DNA of 64,000 bases from a plasmid, in the sequence record NZ_LR134454.1; one strand, given 5' to 3'. Below, one piece after another: positions 11,367 through 20,263 of this stretch. Every line of letters starts with the position of its first letter. Positions within the stretch are counted from its first letter, which is position 1. The translations under genes and the position numbers were made by a program. Below the pieces are notes generated by a model. That model was given only the letters and a program-made list of their open reading frames with translations, searched no databases and had not been told where the DNA came from.

Positions 11367-12197
11367 ATGTCCGCACTGAACGGCAAGATCGCCGTCGTCA
11401 CCGGCTCCGGCCGCGGTATCGGCCGCGAGATCGCCCTCAAGCTCGCCGCCGACGGCGCCGCGATCGTGGTCAACGACCTCGACGAGGAGCCCGCCGCGCA
11501 GACCGTCGCCGACATCGAGGCGGCGGGCGGCCGTGCCGTCGCCTGCCCCGGCAGCGTCACCGAGGAGGGCTTCGCCGAGCGCTTCGTCGGCACGGCCGTC
11601 GATGAGCTCGGCGGGCTCGACATCATCGTCAACAATGCCGGGTACACGTGGGACTCGGTCGTGCAGAAAATGACCGACGAGCAGTGGGACGCGATTCTCG
11701 ACGTGCACCTCAAGGCCCCGTTCCGGATCTTGCGCGCCGCCCAGCCGGTGATCTCGGGTCTCGTGAAGGCCGCCCGTGCGGAGGGCCGCGAGGTGCCGTG
11801 TCGCAAGGTGGTCAACATCTCCTCGATCGCCGGGCTCGGCGGCAACGCGGGCCAGGCCAATTACGCCGCGGCCAAGGCGGGCGTCACGGGCCTGACGAAG
11901 ACGATCGCCAAGGAGTGGGGCCGGTACAACGTCACCGTCAACACCATCGCCTTCGGCCTCATCACGACCCGCCTGACCGAGGCCCCGGCCGGCGGCGACG
12001 GCAGCATCGACGTCGCGGGACGGGAGATCAAGGTGGGCGTCAATCCACAGCTGCTCGACGCGATGGCGGCCCAGATCCCGCTGGGCCGCGCGGGCACTCC
12101 CCAGGAGGCCGCCGGCGCCGTGTACCTGTTGTGCCGGCCGGAGTCCGACTACGTCAGCGCGCAGACTCTGGTGTGCGGCGGCGGCTACATGATCTAG
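11367..12197 (+). CDS. SDR-family oxidoreductase (3-hydroxyacyl-CoA / 3-oxoacyl reductase type)
   Basis: VTGSGRGIGREIA (TGxxxGxG), NNAG and a YAAAKAG catalytic Tyr-x3-Lys. RBS aaggag. Confidence 0.85.
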   Translation: MSALNGKIAVVTGSGRGIGREIALKLAADGAAIVVNDLDEEPAAQTVADIEAAGGRAVACPGSVTEEGFAERFVGTAVDELGGLDIIVNNAGYTWDSVVQKMTDEQWDAILDVHLKAPFRILRAAQPVISGLVKAARAEGREVPCRKVVNISSIAGLGGNAGQANYAAAKAGVTGLTKTIAKEWGRYNVTVNTIAFGLITTRLTEAPAGGDGSIDVAGREIKVGVNPQLLDAMAAQIPLGRAGTPQEAAGAVYLLCRPESDYVSAQTLVCGGGYMI

Positions 12198-12217
12198 GCG
12201 CCCTAGGCTTGGACCCC

Positions 12218-13378
12218 ATGGAGGCGACATCGGTGGTGCGCTCGCGGCCGGCCAATCGGCGCGAGCTGATCATCGAGGCCGCGGCCACGGCGTTCGCGGC
12301 TCGCGGCTATGAGAACGTCGCGATGAGCGCCGTCGCCGAGGCCGTGGGAGTGCGCCCCTCCGCTCTGTACCGGCACTTCGCGAACAAGGAGGCGATGCTC
12401 GCGGCGGCGTTCGAGGGGTACGTCCTGGACCTGCGGGAGGCCCTCGCGGCGGGGTCGGAAGGGGACCGGTTCGGGCCGCTGATCGACCGGACGCTGGCGC
12501 ATCGTGCCGCGGGCCGGCTCTGGATCCGGGAGGCCCGCTACCTCCCGGCGGACTCGGTCGCCGTGGTTCGCGAGGGACTCCTGGCGGACCTCGATGCGGT
12601 GGTCGCGGCGCCGGGCGACGGTGCCGGAGCGCGGGTGCGGTCCATCGCCGTGCTCGGCGTCCTGCTCAGTACGGCGATGCACGCCACGGAATCGGCGGTG
12701 CCACCGATGCGGGCGCTCCTCTCCGCGTTGGTGTCCCGTGCGGCGGCGGGGCCACTGGCGGCGGACGGGGCCCCCGTCGTCGCGCCGCGCGGCCTGCCCC
12801 GGATCGCCAAGCGCGAGCAGATCCTCGCTGCCGCGGTCGAGTTGTTCGCGGCCCGGACCTACGACGGAGTCGCGTTGGACGACATCGCCGCCGCGGTCGA
12901 CCTCGCACCGTCGAGCATCTACAACCACTTCGCCAGCAAGGAGGAGATCCTCGCCTCGGCGCTGCACCGCGCCAACGGTTTCGTCCAGGTGGATCTGGAC
13001 GAGGTGCTCGCCGCCACCGACGACCCCGGTCTCGCGCTCCACGCGATCGTGGAGCGGTACGCGGGCTTCGCGGTGCGCCACCCCGGAATGACCCAGGCCA
13101 TCGTCTCCGAGATCGGCGAGCTCACCGAGCGGGAGAGCGCCGTCCTGATCGACGCTCAGCGGGCCTACGTGGGCGAATGGGTCCACCTGTACGGCAGCGT
13201 CGACCACGCCGATTCCTCGGCGCGTCGGGTCGCGGTGATGGCGGCGATCACCGCGGTCAATCAGCTCGCGTGCACGCCGGGGGCCCCGCGCGGAGCGGAA
13301 AGAGCTGCGCTGGTGACGGCGTACGGGCGCAGGATCCTCGGTGTCGACGGGGCGCGGGCCCCGCTTCCACGGGCCTGA
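12218..13378 (+). CDS. Tandem (duplicated) TetR-family transcriptional regulator
   Basis: Two TetR HTH units: IIEAAATAFAARGYENVAMSAVAEAVGVRPSALYRHF and ILAAAVELFAARTYDGVALDDIAAAVDLAPSSIYNHF. Start taken at ATG 12218 inside a longer spurious ORF. Confidence 0.8.
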   Translation: MEATSVVRSRPANRRELIIEAAATAFAARGYENVAMSAVAEAVGVRPSALYRHFANKEAMLAAAFEGYVLDLREALAAGSEGDRFGPLIDRTLAHRAAGRLWIREARYLPADSVAVVREGLLADLDAVVAAPGDGAGARVRSIAVLGVLLSTAMHATESAVPPMRALLSALVSRAAAGPLAADGAPVVAPRGLPRIAKREQILAAAVELFAARTYDGVALDDIAAAVDLAPSSIYNHFASKEEILASALHRANGFVQVDLDEVLAATDDPGLALHAIVERYAGFAVRHPGMTQAIVSEIGELTERESAVLIDAQRAYVGEWVHLYGSVDHADSSARRVAVMAAITAVNQLACTPGAPRGAERAALVTAYGRRILGVDGARAPLPRA

Positions 13379-13393
13379 CGGCGCGGCGCCGGT

Positions 13394-14392
13394 TCAGAGC
13401 CGGGTGCCGCGGCCGTACCGGCCGAACTCGAGCAGGATCAGCGCGGCCGCGACCCGCACGAGCTGGTGCGGGCGCAGCATGACCGCGCGCTCCTGGTCGA
13501 AGGAGCGGTACTTGCGCAGGTAGCGGTACAGCCGCTCGACGTGCAGCAGCGGGTCGAAGGCGTGAACGGCCCGCCGGGCCGCAGCGCGGGCCCACGGATG
13601 CCGCAGGGCCGTCGCGTCGTCGGCGAACAGGTCGGGGAAGGGTGCGAAGGCGAGGGAGACGCGCTTGTAGCCGTGGTCGCGCGCCCACGCGATGGTCTCC
13701 AGCGTGAGCCGCTCGTCCACGCCGTTGGGCGCCCGGCGCGCGCGGAGCGGCAGGTCGAGCGAGAGGTCCTCGGGTCCGGCGGGCAGGTACCGGTGCGCGG
13801 CGCAGACGGTGCCGTCGGCCGTCCTGGCGAGGGCGAAGACCCCGTCGGGCGTGGCGCCGTCGAGCATGCGTCCCAGGATCATCGAGAAGCCGCGGGTGGG
13901 ATCGTGCCCCGCGAGGGTCTCCATCCGGCGGACGGCCTGCCGGTCCAGGTCGGTGACGTCGGCCTCCCTCACGATCTCGACGGTGACGCCCGCGTTGCGG
14001 GTGCGGGAGACGGCCTGGCGGAGGTTGCGGAACCGTCGTCCGACGAGGTCGAAGGAGCAGGTGTCGACGACGACGTCGCGGCCGATGGGCACCGCCCGCA
14101 GGCCGTGCGCCTCCCACAGCGGGCGGGCGGCCTCCCCGGCCCCCAGCACCGCGATCGGGCGGCGCCCGGCGCGCCGCACGAATTCCGCGACCGCGGCAGC
14201 GCGGGCCTCGGGGGTGAGGCCGACGGGGTCGCCGCTCGCGACGACCACGCCGAGCCGGATCGCGTAGCCCAGCACTGCGTTCCCGTCGGGGGAGGCGATG
14301 TGGGCCTTCTCGGGCCGGAGGGCGAACGGTGCGAGGGGATCGCCGACCGACCGGCCGACCAGGTCCGAGACGCTTCGGTTGCCGAAGGACAT
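13394..14392 (-). CDS. DUF2156-type protein (C-terminal aminoacyl-phosphatidylglycerol synthase domain of MprF/LysX) as a stand-alone gene
   Basis: Resemblance over about 300 aa to the MprF C-terminal domain. Start placed at internal ATG 14392; the ORF extends to 14557. Confidence 0.5.
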   Translation of the reverse strand: MSFGNRSVSDLVGRSVGDPLAPFALRPEKAHIASPDGNAVLGYAIRLGVVVASGDPVGLTPEARAAAVAEFVRRAGRRPIAVLGAGEAARPLWEAHGLRAVPIGRDVVVDTCSFDLVGRRFRNLRQAVSRTRNAGVTVEIVREADVTDLDRQAVRRMETLAGHDPTRGFSMILGRMLDGATPDGVFALARTADGTVCAAHRYLPAGPEDLSLDLPLRARRAPNGVDERLTLETIAWARDHGYKRVSLAFAPFPDLFADDATALRHPWARAAARRAVHAFDPLLHVERLYRYLRKYRSFDQERAVMLRPHQLVRVAAALILLEFGRYGRGTRL

Positions 14393-14971
14393 GGTTCGAT
14401 TATGCGCTCGCGCGCGATTCCGGTCCCGGTGGGGCGGCCGCCCCGGCGATTTCGACGGGGCCGCAGCGCCGTTCGCGCGACGAGACCGCTGAGGCGGAAC
14501 GTCGAGACAGTGGGCGACGCGATGTCGCACGCCGGACGGCTCGGGACGCGATGGCAAATCGTACGGTGTACTGATTGTGTCGGAAGTGGCGGCGGCAATC
14601 GCCGTCGGCGAGGGTTCGGTGCCGTGACGGGTGCGATTGTGGGGTGTGATCGAAAAAATTACCGCCGCGAAACACTCTGCCCTTCACGGTGGGCAAGACA
14701 GTTTCCGAAGACGCTTTCCGCGCATGTGGTCGCGTTCACATCGTGTTGGTTTTGTTACCTGTGTCCCCTGGATTCCGATTCGTTACTCGTGTTGGCTCGG
14801 AGATGGGTCGAATCGGTAGCCATAGCAACCACCTCCGAGTTCTCTTTCACATCAATGCTTCTCATCCGCGCGTCGCGAGCACATCGCCGGTGTCGCGGTG
14901 ATCGGTGCTGCGCTGTGGACGCCGGGTCGGCCGCCGAGGGAATGGTCGTGCGCGAGGGAGAAGGAGAATTC

Positions 14972-16021
14972 ATGTCCAGGTATCAGGGACGGCATCGTAA
15001 GGACGTCCGGACGGCCGTGTCGGTGACGCGGATGACGGCATCGGCGGCCGCGGCCGTCGCGGCGGGGTCGATCTGGCTCGGCGCGGGCGCCGCGCAGGCC
15101 GGCGGCGACCCGTCGCAGCCTCCCGCTCCCGTCCAGCCTGCGGGCCCGGGCAAGCCCGGTGCCCCCGCGAAGCCCGCCGGTCCGGCGAAGCCGGGCGGTC
15201 CGGCGTCGACCGCCGGGACGGCGGGGACGGCGAAACCCGGTGCGCCGGTGGGCTCCGCAGGTGCGCCTGCGGCCGCGGGCGGGCAAGGCTCCAGCGGAGC
15301 GGGCGCGGGCGGGAACGGTACGGGCGCCGCAGCTCCCGGCGCCTCGGGCCGTACGAGTGGCGCGGGCGGCGCGGGCGGTGGCGGCGGTGCGCAGGCCGCC
15401 ACGGCACAGGGCGGCGGTGCCCAGGGTGGCGCCGGGCAGCAGGGCGCAGCAGCACAGCCGGTCGGAACGGCGCAGCAGGGCGGCGGCGCCGGTGGGACCG
15501 GCGCCCGCGGTACCGGCACGGGCGCGGGTGGCGGAACCGCGGGCCGCACCGCCCCGCAGGGCACGACGCCGCAGGGCGTGGCACCTCAGGGTGCGTCCCC
15601 GCAGGCCGCAGGCCCGCAGGCGCCCTCGGCCGCGGGTGGCGGCGGCGCGACGGGTGCGGGCGCACCCGACTCCGACTCGACCGTCCAGGCAGCGGGCACG
15701 GGTGCGGCCGCGAGCGCCTCGGCGCCCGGCGCGGACCGCGACACCGCCGCCTCGCTCGCGGGGACCGGATCCACCGGCGCGCGGGCCGAGGGCACCACCG
15801 GTACCGCGGGTGGCGTGACCTCAAACGGTTCGGGCGGCTCCGCGTCCACCGGCGCGGGCGGCGCGAGCGGTTCCACCACCGGCGGGTCGGGCGCGGGCGG
15901 CGCCGCGTCGTCCACGGACGCCGGCGTCGCGGCCTCCGTCCCGGGCGCGTCCACCTCGTCGGGTTCCGACGCGGGAGGCGGCCTGCTCAGCGACGTCCTC
16001 GACGCGATCCCGCTCCTCTAG
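14972..16021 (+). CDS. Secreted low-complexity Gly/Ala/Pro/Thr-rich protein (predicted signal peptide, intrinsically disordered)
   Basis: Strong RBS aaggagaa 6 nt before ATG 14972. N-terminus MSRYQGRHRKDVRTAVSVTRMTASAAAAVAAGSIWLGAGAAQA is signal-like, followed by about 300 aa of G/A/P/T/Q repeats. The upstream part of the table ORF (13466-14971) is rejected as spurious. Confidence 0.5.
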   Translation: MSRYQGRHRKDVRTAVSVTRMTASAAAAVAAGSIWLGAGAAQAGGDPSQPPAPVQPAGPGKPGAPAKPAGPAKPGGPASTAGTAGTAKPGAPVGSAGAPAAAGGQGSSGAGAGGNGTGAAAPGASGRTSGAGGAGGGGGAQAATAQGGGAQGGAGQQGAAAQPVGTAQQGGGAGGTGARGTGTGAGGGTAGRTAPQGTTPQGVAPQGASPQAAGPQAPSAAGGGGATGAGAPDSDSTVQAAGTGAAASASAPGADRDTAASLAGTGSTGARAEGTTGTAGGVTSNGSGGSASTGAGGASGSTTGGSGAGGAASSTDAGVAASVPGASTSSGSDAGGGLLSDVLDAIPLL

Positions 16022-16031
16022 CGACGACCGT

Positions 16032-16053
16032 CGTGCCCCCGCGGCGGGGCACG
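16032..16053. terminator. GC-rich hairpin between the convergent Gly-rich protein gene and the monooxygenase gene
   Basis: cgtgcccccg-cggc-ggggcacg, an imperfect stem. Confidence 0.35.
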
Positions 16054-16072
16054 GCGGTGGGTCGGCGGGCCG

Positions 16073-17260
16073 TCAGTCCGGCGGCGACCAGCGCTGCGCG
16101 CTGCGGAAGACCCGGTCCATCATGGCGTTCGGGGCGGCGCGCATCGCCACGTCCCGCCCGCGGACGAAGAGCGGCGTCGGCCACTGCAACGCCGCGCCGA
16201 TCAGGTACGCCTGCCGCGCGATGGACTGCGTCCGGGGCCGGCGCGCCTTGTCGTAGGCGGCGAGCTTGGTCGGGATGTCCCGCGGGTCGTGGTCCCGCGC
16301 GATCGGCCGGAGCAGCGAGACCAGCACCGCGGCGTCCTCCAGCGCCAGGTTCGCGCCCTGCCCCAGCGTGGGCGGCATGGCGTGCGCGGCGTCGCCGACC
16401 AGCGTCGCCGGGCCCCGCGAGTACGTGCGCAGCGGGTGCGCCAGCCGCTCGATGGGCTGGTAGCCGATGCGTTCCGGGGCCGTCGCGGCCAGGAGTGCGG
16501 GGATCGGGTCGTGCCACTCGCCGTACCGCTCCTCGAGCTCCCCGGGTTCGGGCAGATCGTCGTCGGCGGCGGGGCGCACCGCGAACCAGTACACGCGGCC
16601 GTCGCGCAGCGGCACGTACCCGAACCGCTCGCCCCGGCCGAAGGTCTCGCCGCTGTCGGGCAGCGCGACGGGGGTGTCGGTGATGCCCCGCCACGCCCCG
16701 TAGCCGCAGTACGCGGCCCCGGGGTCGCCGGCGTGACTGCCCCGGACGCGGCTGCGGATCCCGTCGGCGCCGACCAGCACGTGCCAGTCCTCGAGCAGCC
16801 CGCTCGGTCCGAGGTCCAGCGTCTCGCGGCTGAGCCCCTCCACCCGGATGCCCGGCCGGACGGTGTCCGGGGCCAGGTCCCGCAACAGGGCCCGGTGCAG
16901 GTCGGTGCGGTCCACCACCCGCAGATCGGCGAGGGTGGCCGGCGAGAACTCGGTGAGCCGGGTGCCGTCCGCGCGGCGGGTGCCGTACGGGATGGACGGC
17001 GGACCGTCGGCCACGACCTCCCGCACCCGCTCCTCGAGGCCGAGCGAGCGGAGGGCCGCGAAACCGTTGGAGAGCAGCGAAAGTCCGGAGCCCCGGGGGA
17101 GGAAACGGGCGGCCTGCTCGAGGACGATCACCTCGGCACCGGCGCGCTGCAGGCCGGAGGCCACCGCCAGCCCGCCGATGCCGGCGCCGACGACGGCGAC
17201 GCGCAGTGAGTTGGTCCTCCACATGCCTTCGACGCTAGTGCGGAACGGCCGCCGTGTCAC
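16073..17260 (-). CDS. FAD-dependent aromatic-ring monooxygenase (salicylate/3-hydroxybenzoate hydroxylase class)
   Basis: VAVVGAGIGGLAVASGLQRAGAEVIVLEQ dinucleotide-binding fold and GDAAHAMPPTLGQGANLALEDA FAD motif. The true start may be the internal Met at 17224. Confidence 0.8.
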   Translation of the reverse strand: MTRRPFRTSVEGMWRTNSLRVAVVGAGIGGLAVASGLQRAGAEVIVLEQAARFLPRGSGLSLLSNGFAALRSLGLEERVREVVADGPPSIPYGTRRADGTRLTEFSPATLADLRVVDRTDLHRALLRDLAPDTVRPGIRVEGLSRETLDLGPSGLLEDWHVLVGADGIRSRVRGSHAGDPGAAYCGYGAWRGITDTPVALPDSGETFGRGERFGYVPLRDGRVYWFAVRPAADDDLPEPGELEERYGEWHDPIPALLAATAPERIGYQPIERLAHPLRTYSRGPATLVGDAAHAMPPTLGQGANLALEDAAVLVSLLRPIARDHDPRDIPTKLAAYDKARRPRTQSIARQAYLIGAALQWPTPLFVRGRDVAMRAAPNAMMDRVFRSAQRWSPPD

Positions 17261-17339
17261 CGAGGTGTGCGCCGAGTGACACGCCGTGTTGTCATAGGGC
17301 TGTCCTGCGTTTGGGATCCCACCCGACCTGTGGTTATTC

Positions 17340-17921
17340 TTGTGCGTCCCTCCAACGCTGAAACGAGGGCAGAGCCCTCGAGGAGTGACCGTGGCCGTCG
17401 CCGACGAATGGGAACTGTGGTTCCCCGACGCTTACGAGATCGGCGCGGAGACGGTGCGGTCGTTCGCCCGCGCGACCCGCAGCTGGGACGTCCCCTACGC
17501 CGTCAGCCGCCGGCTTCCGGACGACGTGGTCGTGCCGGCGACGATGCTCGGCGCACCCATGCTGCAGGCGGCGTCCGCGGTGGTCGGCCGGGCCATCCCC
17601 GGATGCAACCTCGCGGCGATCATGCACGCGGGCCAGTCCTTCACCTACTTGCGGCCGCTGCACGTGGGCGACGTCCTCAGCCTGGGGGTGCGGCTGACGT
17701 CGCACATCGTCAAGGCGGAGACCGACCTCATCGTGGTCGAGTGCATGGTCTACTCGGACGGCGAGCCGTCGCTCGACGCGGAGATCTTCCTGGTGCACAG
17801 CCAGCGCGAGACCGGCATCGACCTCGAGGCGGCCGACCGGCTCGCCGACGAGGTGATGATGACCGGCACCGGGCCGTCGAACAGCGACGCCTACGCCGCC
17901 AACGTCGCCGGGTCCCGCTAG
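17340..17921 (+). CDS. Hotdog-fold protein of the UPF0336 / HadA-like (MaoC N-terminal type) family
   Basis: The 'WELWFPDAYEIGAETVRSFARA' segment resembles the HadA N-terminal pattern. About 175-190 aa; the start could be GTG near 17388. Confidence 0.5.
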   Translation: MCVPPTLKRGQSPRGVTVAVADEWELWFPDAYEIGAETVRSFARATRSWDVPYAVSRRLPDDVVVPATMLGAPMLQAASAVVGRAIPGCNLAAIMHAGQSFTYLRPLHVGDVLSLGVRLTSHIVKAETDLIVVECMVYSDGEPSLDAEIFLVHSQRETGIDLEAADRLADEVMMTGTGPSNSDAYAANVAGSR

Positions 17922-17922
17922 A

Positions 17923-19593
17923 TCAGACCGCGGCGCCGAGGATCCCGTCGAGCGCCCGCGCCATGTCGGCGGCCTCGATCCGCATGAGCACCGCCTCGTC
18001 GACCCCGGCCAGGTCCAGGCCCGAGTCGGCGAGCCGCAGCTCCCGCTCCTCCTCGGCCGCCTCGATGACGTTCCGCACGAACCGGCCGTTGCCCAGGCGG
18101 TCGAGCCGGTCGGCGACGCCGGCGCAGCAGGTCTCCAACACCTCCGCCGCGTCGCCGGTGAGCACCGCGTCGCGCGAGCGGGCCATCGCCGCGCCGATCT
18201 CGGCGAGCTCGCCCGGGCTGTAGCCGGGGAACCGGATGCGGCGCGCGAACCGCGAGGCCAGGCCCTCGTTGGAGCCGAGGAAGCGGTCGATCTCGGCGTC
18301 GTAGCCCGCCACGATCACGACGAGGCGGTCGCGGTCGTTCTCCATCCGCGCGAGCAGCGTGTCGATCGCCTCCTGCCCGAACGCGTCGCCGCCGCTGAGG
18401 CCCTCCTGCACCAGCGTGTAGGCCTCGTCGATGAACAGCACCCCGTCGAGCGCGGAGTCGATGACCGCGGAGGTCTTCTGCGCCGTGGCGCCGAGGTACT
18501 GCCCGACGAGGTCGCGGCGCGAGCACTCGACCACGGTGTCGGTCGCCAGTAGCCCCAGCCCGCGGTACATCCGCGCGACGATGCGCGCCACCGTCGTCTT
18601 CCCCGTGCCGGGCGGACCGGTGAAGGCGAGGTGCAGCGACCGGCTCCCGCTCGACAGCCCGCGGTCGGCGCGCACCCGGGCCAGCTGCATCGTCGTCCGC
18701 AGCCGGGTGACCTGCTCCTTCACCTCGCGCAGCCCGACCTGCCGCTCCAGCTCGTCGGAGGCCGCGGCCAGTAGCTCGTCGCCGGCTTCGGCGGGTGCGT
18801 CGTCGGGGGCGGGCGCGTCCGGGGCGTCGAGCACCAGGCGGTGGCCCGGGTCGCGCAGCGCGGCCTCCGCGGGCGGGTACGACGGTGCCGCCCGCTCCAG
18901 CAGTTCGCGCGCGCGCTCCTCCTCGCCCTGCTCCCGCAGGACGAGGCCGTGGCAGTACCGGGCCGCGGCGGCGGCGCCGGGCACCGGGCCCTCGGCCGCG
19001 ACGGTCAGCAGCCGGGTGGCCTCGGCGAACCGGCCGAGTTGCGCCGCGGCGGATCCCGCGATCGTGGCCGCCGCGGCGGCGAGCACCGGGTCGTCCCAGT
19101 CGGCGTGCCCGGCGAGCGCGGTCAGGGCGTCCGGCCACCGTCGGGTCCGGGCGGCGACGACCGCGCGCTGGTAGTGGGCGATCGGGCACGGCGGGGCGCC
19201 GTCGAGGGCGCGCTCGGCCTCGTCGGGCGCACCGTCGGCGAGCAGGCGCGCGGCGTAGGCGACGTGCGCGGTCGCGGCGTCGCGGAGCGGGTAGTCCACG
19301 TAGAGGCCGGTGGCGAAGGTGGAGCTCAGCGCGCCGGGCGCAAGACCCACGCGGCGGGCGGCGGCGCCGATCCCCTCGACGTGGCGGTGCAGTGCGGCGA
19401 GCACCTCGGCGGTGTTCTCGCCGGCCGCGGCGCGGCCCAGCCAGGCGTCGGCCATCCCCGGATCTGCGGTGGTGGCGGCCTCGAAGGCGCGGCGCGCGAG
19501 CGCGGGGTCGGGCGGCCCCGCCTCGAACTCGCCGATCCCGATCCCGAGCGCGGCGACGCCCGCCTGGAACGCGCGGAGCGCAGATGTAGCCAT
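17923..19593 (-). CDS. EccA-like AAA+ ATPase: N-terminal TPR-like helical domain plus C-terminal CbxX/CfxQ ATPase
   Basis: Walker A GPPGTGKTT, Walker B VLFIDEAY and the CbxX-type context (LREVKEQV...). The Ala-rich helical N-terminal half is about 290 aa. No other ESX (ecc/esx) genes are nearby. Confidence 0.7.
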   Translation of the reverse strand: MATSALRAFQAGVAALGIGIGEFEAGPPDPALARRAFEAATTADPGMADAWLGRAAAGENTAEVLAALHRHVEGIGAAARRVGLAPGALSSTFATGLYVDYPLRDAATAHVAYAARLLADGAPDEAERALDGAPPCPIAHYQRAVVAARTRRWPDALTALAGHADWDDPVLAAAAATIAGSAAAQLGRFAEATRLLTVAAEGPVPGAAAAARYCHGLVLREQGEEERARELLERAAPSYPPAEAALRDPGHRLVLDAPDAPAPDDAPAEAGDELLAAASDELERQVGLREVKEQVTRLRTTMQLARVRADRGLSSGSRSLHLAFTGPPGTGKTTVARIVARMYRGLGLLATDTVVECSRRDLVGQYLGATAQKTSAVIDSALDGVLFIDEAYTLVQEGLSGGDAFGQEAIDTLLARMENDRDRLVVIVAGYDAEIDRFLGSNEGLASRFARRIRFPGYSPGELAEIGAAMARSRDAVLTGDAAEVLETCCAGVADRLDRLGNGRFVRNVIEAAEEERELRLADSGLDLAGVDEAVLMRIEAADMARALDGILGAAV

Positions 19594-19674
19594 GTGGTCC
19601 CCCCAGACCCCGATGTTGCGATCACACTAGCGGGGTGGCGCGCGGCGCGGGCGGATTCGGGGGAGGCGGCGCGG

Positions 19675-20157
19675 TCAGCGGGCCAGTGCGGCGATCTCGC
19701 GGATCTCGGCCAGATCGGGGCCGTACTCCGGCGACGACCAGAATCGCAGTCGCCAGTGGTCGTCGCCCTCGCCGGCGTGCCGCGCGGCGGCCTCGACCTC
19801 GTAGTAGCCGCGGGCCATGGGGAACTCCAGCACCTCGCCGGGCCCGTCCGCGGTGGGGGAGAACCACTCGACGGAGCCGGAGGTGTCGACGCACAGCTGG
19901 GTGCGCAGCACGGTGTCCCACTCGCCGTCCTCCGGCGGGACGGCGTCCCAGTGCTCGAGCTCGACGGGCATCGCCGCCTGCGCCCGGGACGGGGACGCGA
20001 AGCCGGCGGTGGCCCGGTTGGTCGCGGCGCCGTGCACCGTCACGGCGGCCAGCAGGTCGTCGGGTACCCGGTGCCCGAAGCAGCTGCCGAAGAACTTCCC
20101 GTCGCGCAGGTCGAGCACGCCGGAGAGCTGCGTGAGGATCCGAGGTTCGAGGCGCAT
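19675..20157 (-). CDS. Hypothetical protein (about 160 aa), first gene of the two-gene unit with the EccA-like ATPase
   Basis: The ORF lies upstream of and is co-oriented with the ATPase, 81-bp spacer. No recognisable domain. Start chosen at internal ATG 20157; the ORF extends to 20265. Confidence 0.35.
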   Translation of the reverse strand: MRLEPRILTQLSGVLDLRDGKFFGSCFGHRVPDDLLAAVTVHGAATNRATAGFASPSRAQAAMPVELEHWDAVPPEDGEWDTVLRTQLCVDTSGSVEWFSPTADGPGEVLEFPMARGYYEVEAAARHAGEGDDHWRLRFWSSPEYGPDLAEIREIAALAR

Positions 20158-20263
20158 CGGTCCATCATGACGGATGCGGGCGGAGCCGCACCCGATGTGT
20201 CCGATTCGGTGTGGGGGATCGCCCCGATGCCGCAGGTGACGAGATTCTGGCATTCTCGGTGAC

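Noticed and set aside
13466-14971. 5' two-thirds of the 851-aa ORF 13466-16021.
   Set aside because: It overlaps the DUF2156 gene on the opposite strand and translates to Arg/Gly-rich nonsense. A strong RBS and signal peptide appear only at 14972.
14558-14971. Candidate riboswitch or sRNA in the leader of the Gly-rich protein gene (tested mentally against ydaO/c-di-AMP, TPP, SAM, glycine and cobalamin consensus features).
   Set aside because: No convincing match to any known class. Retained only as a structured-leader observation, not called as an ncRNA.
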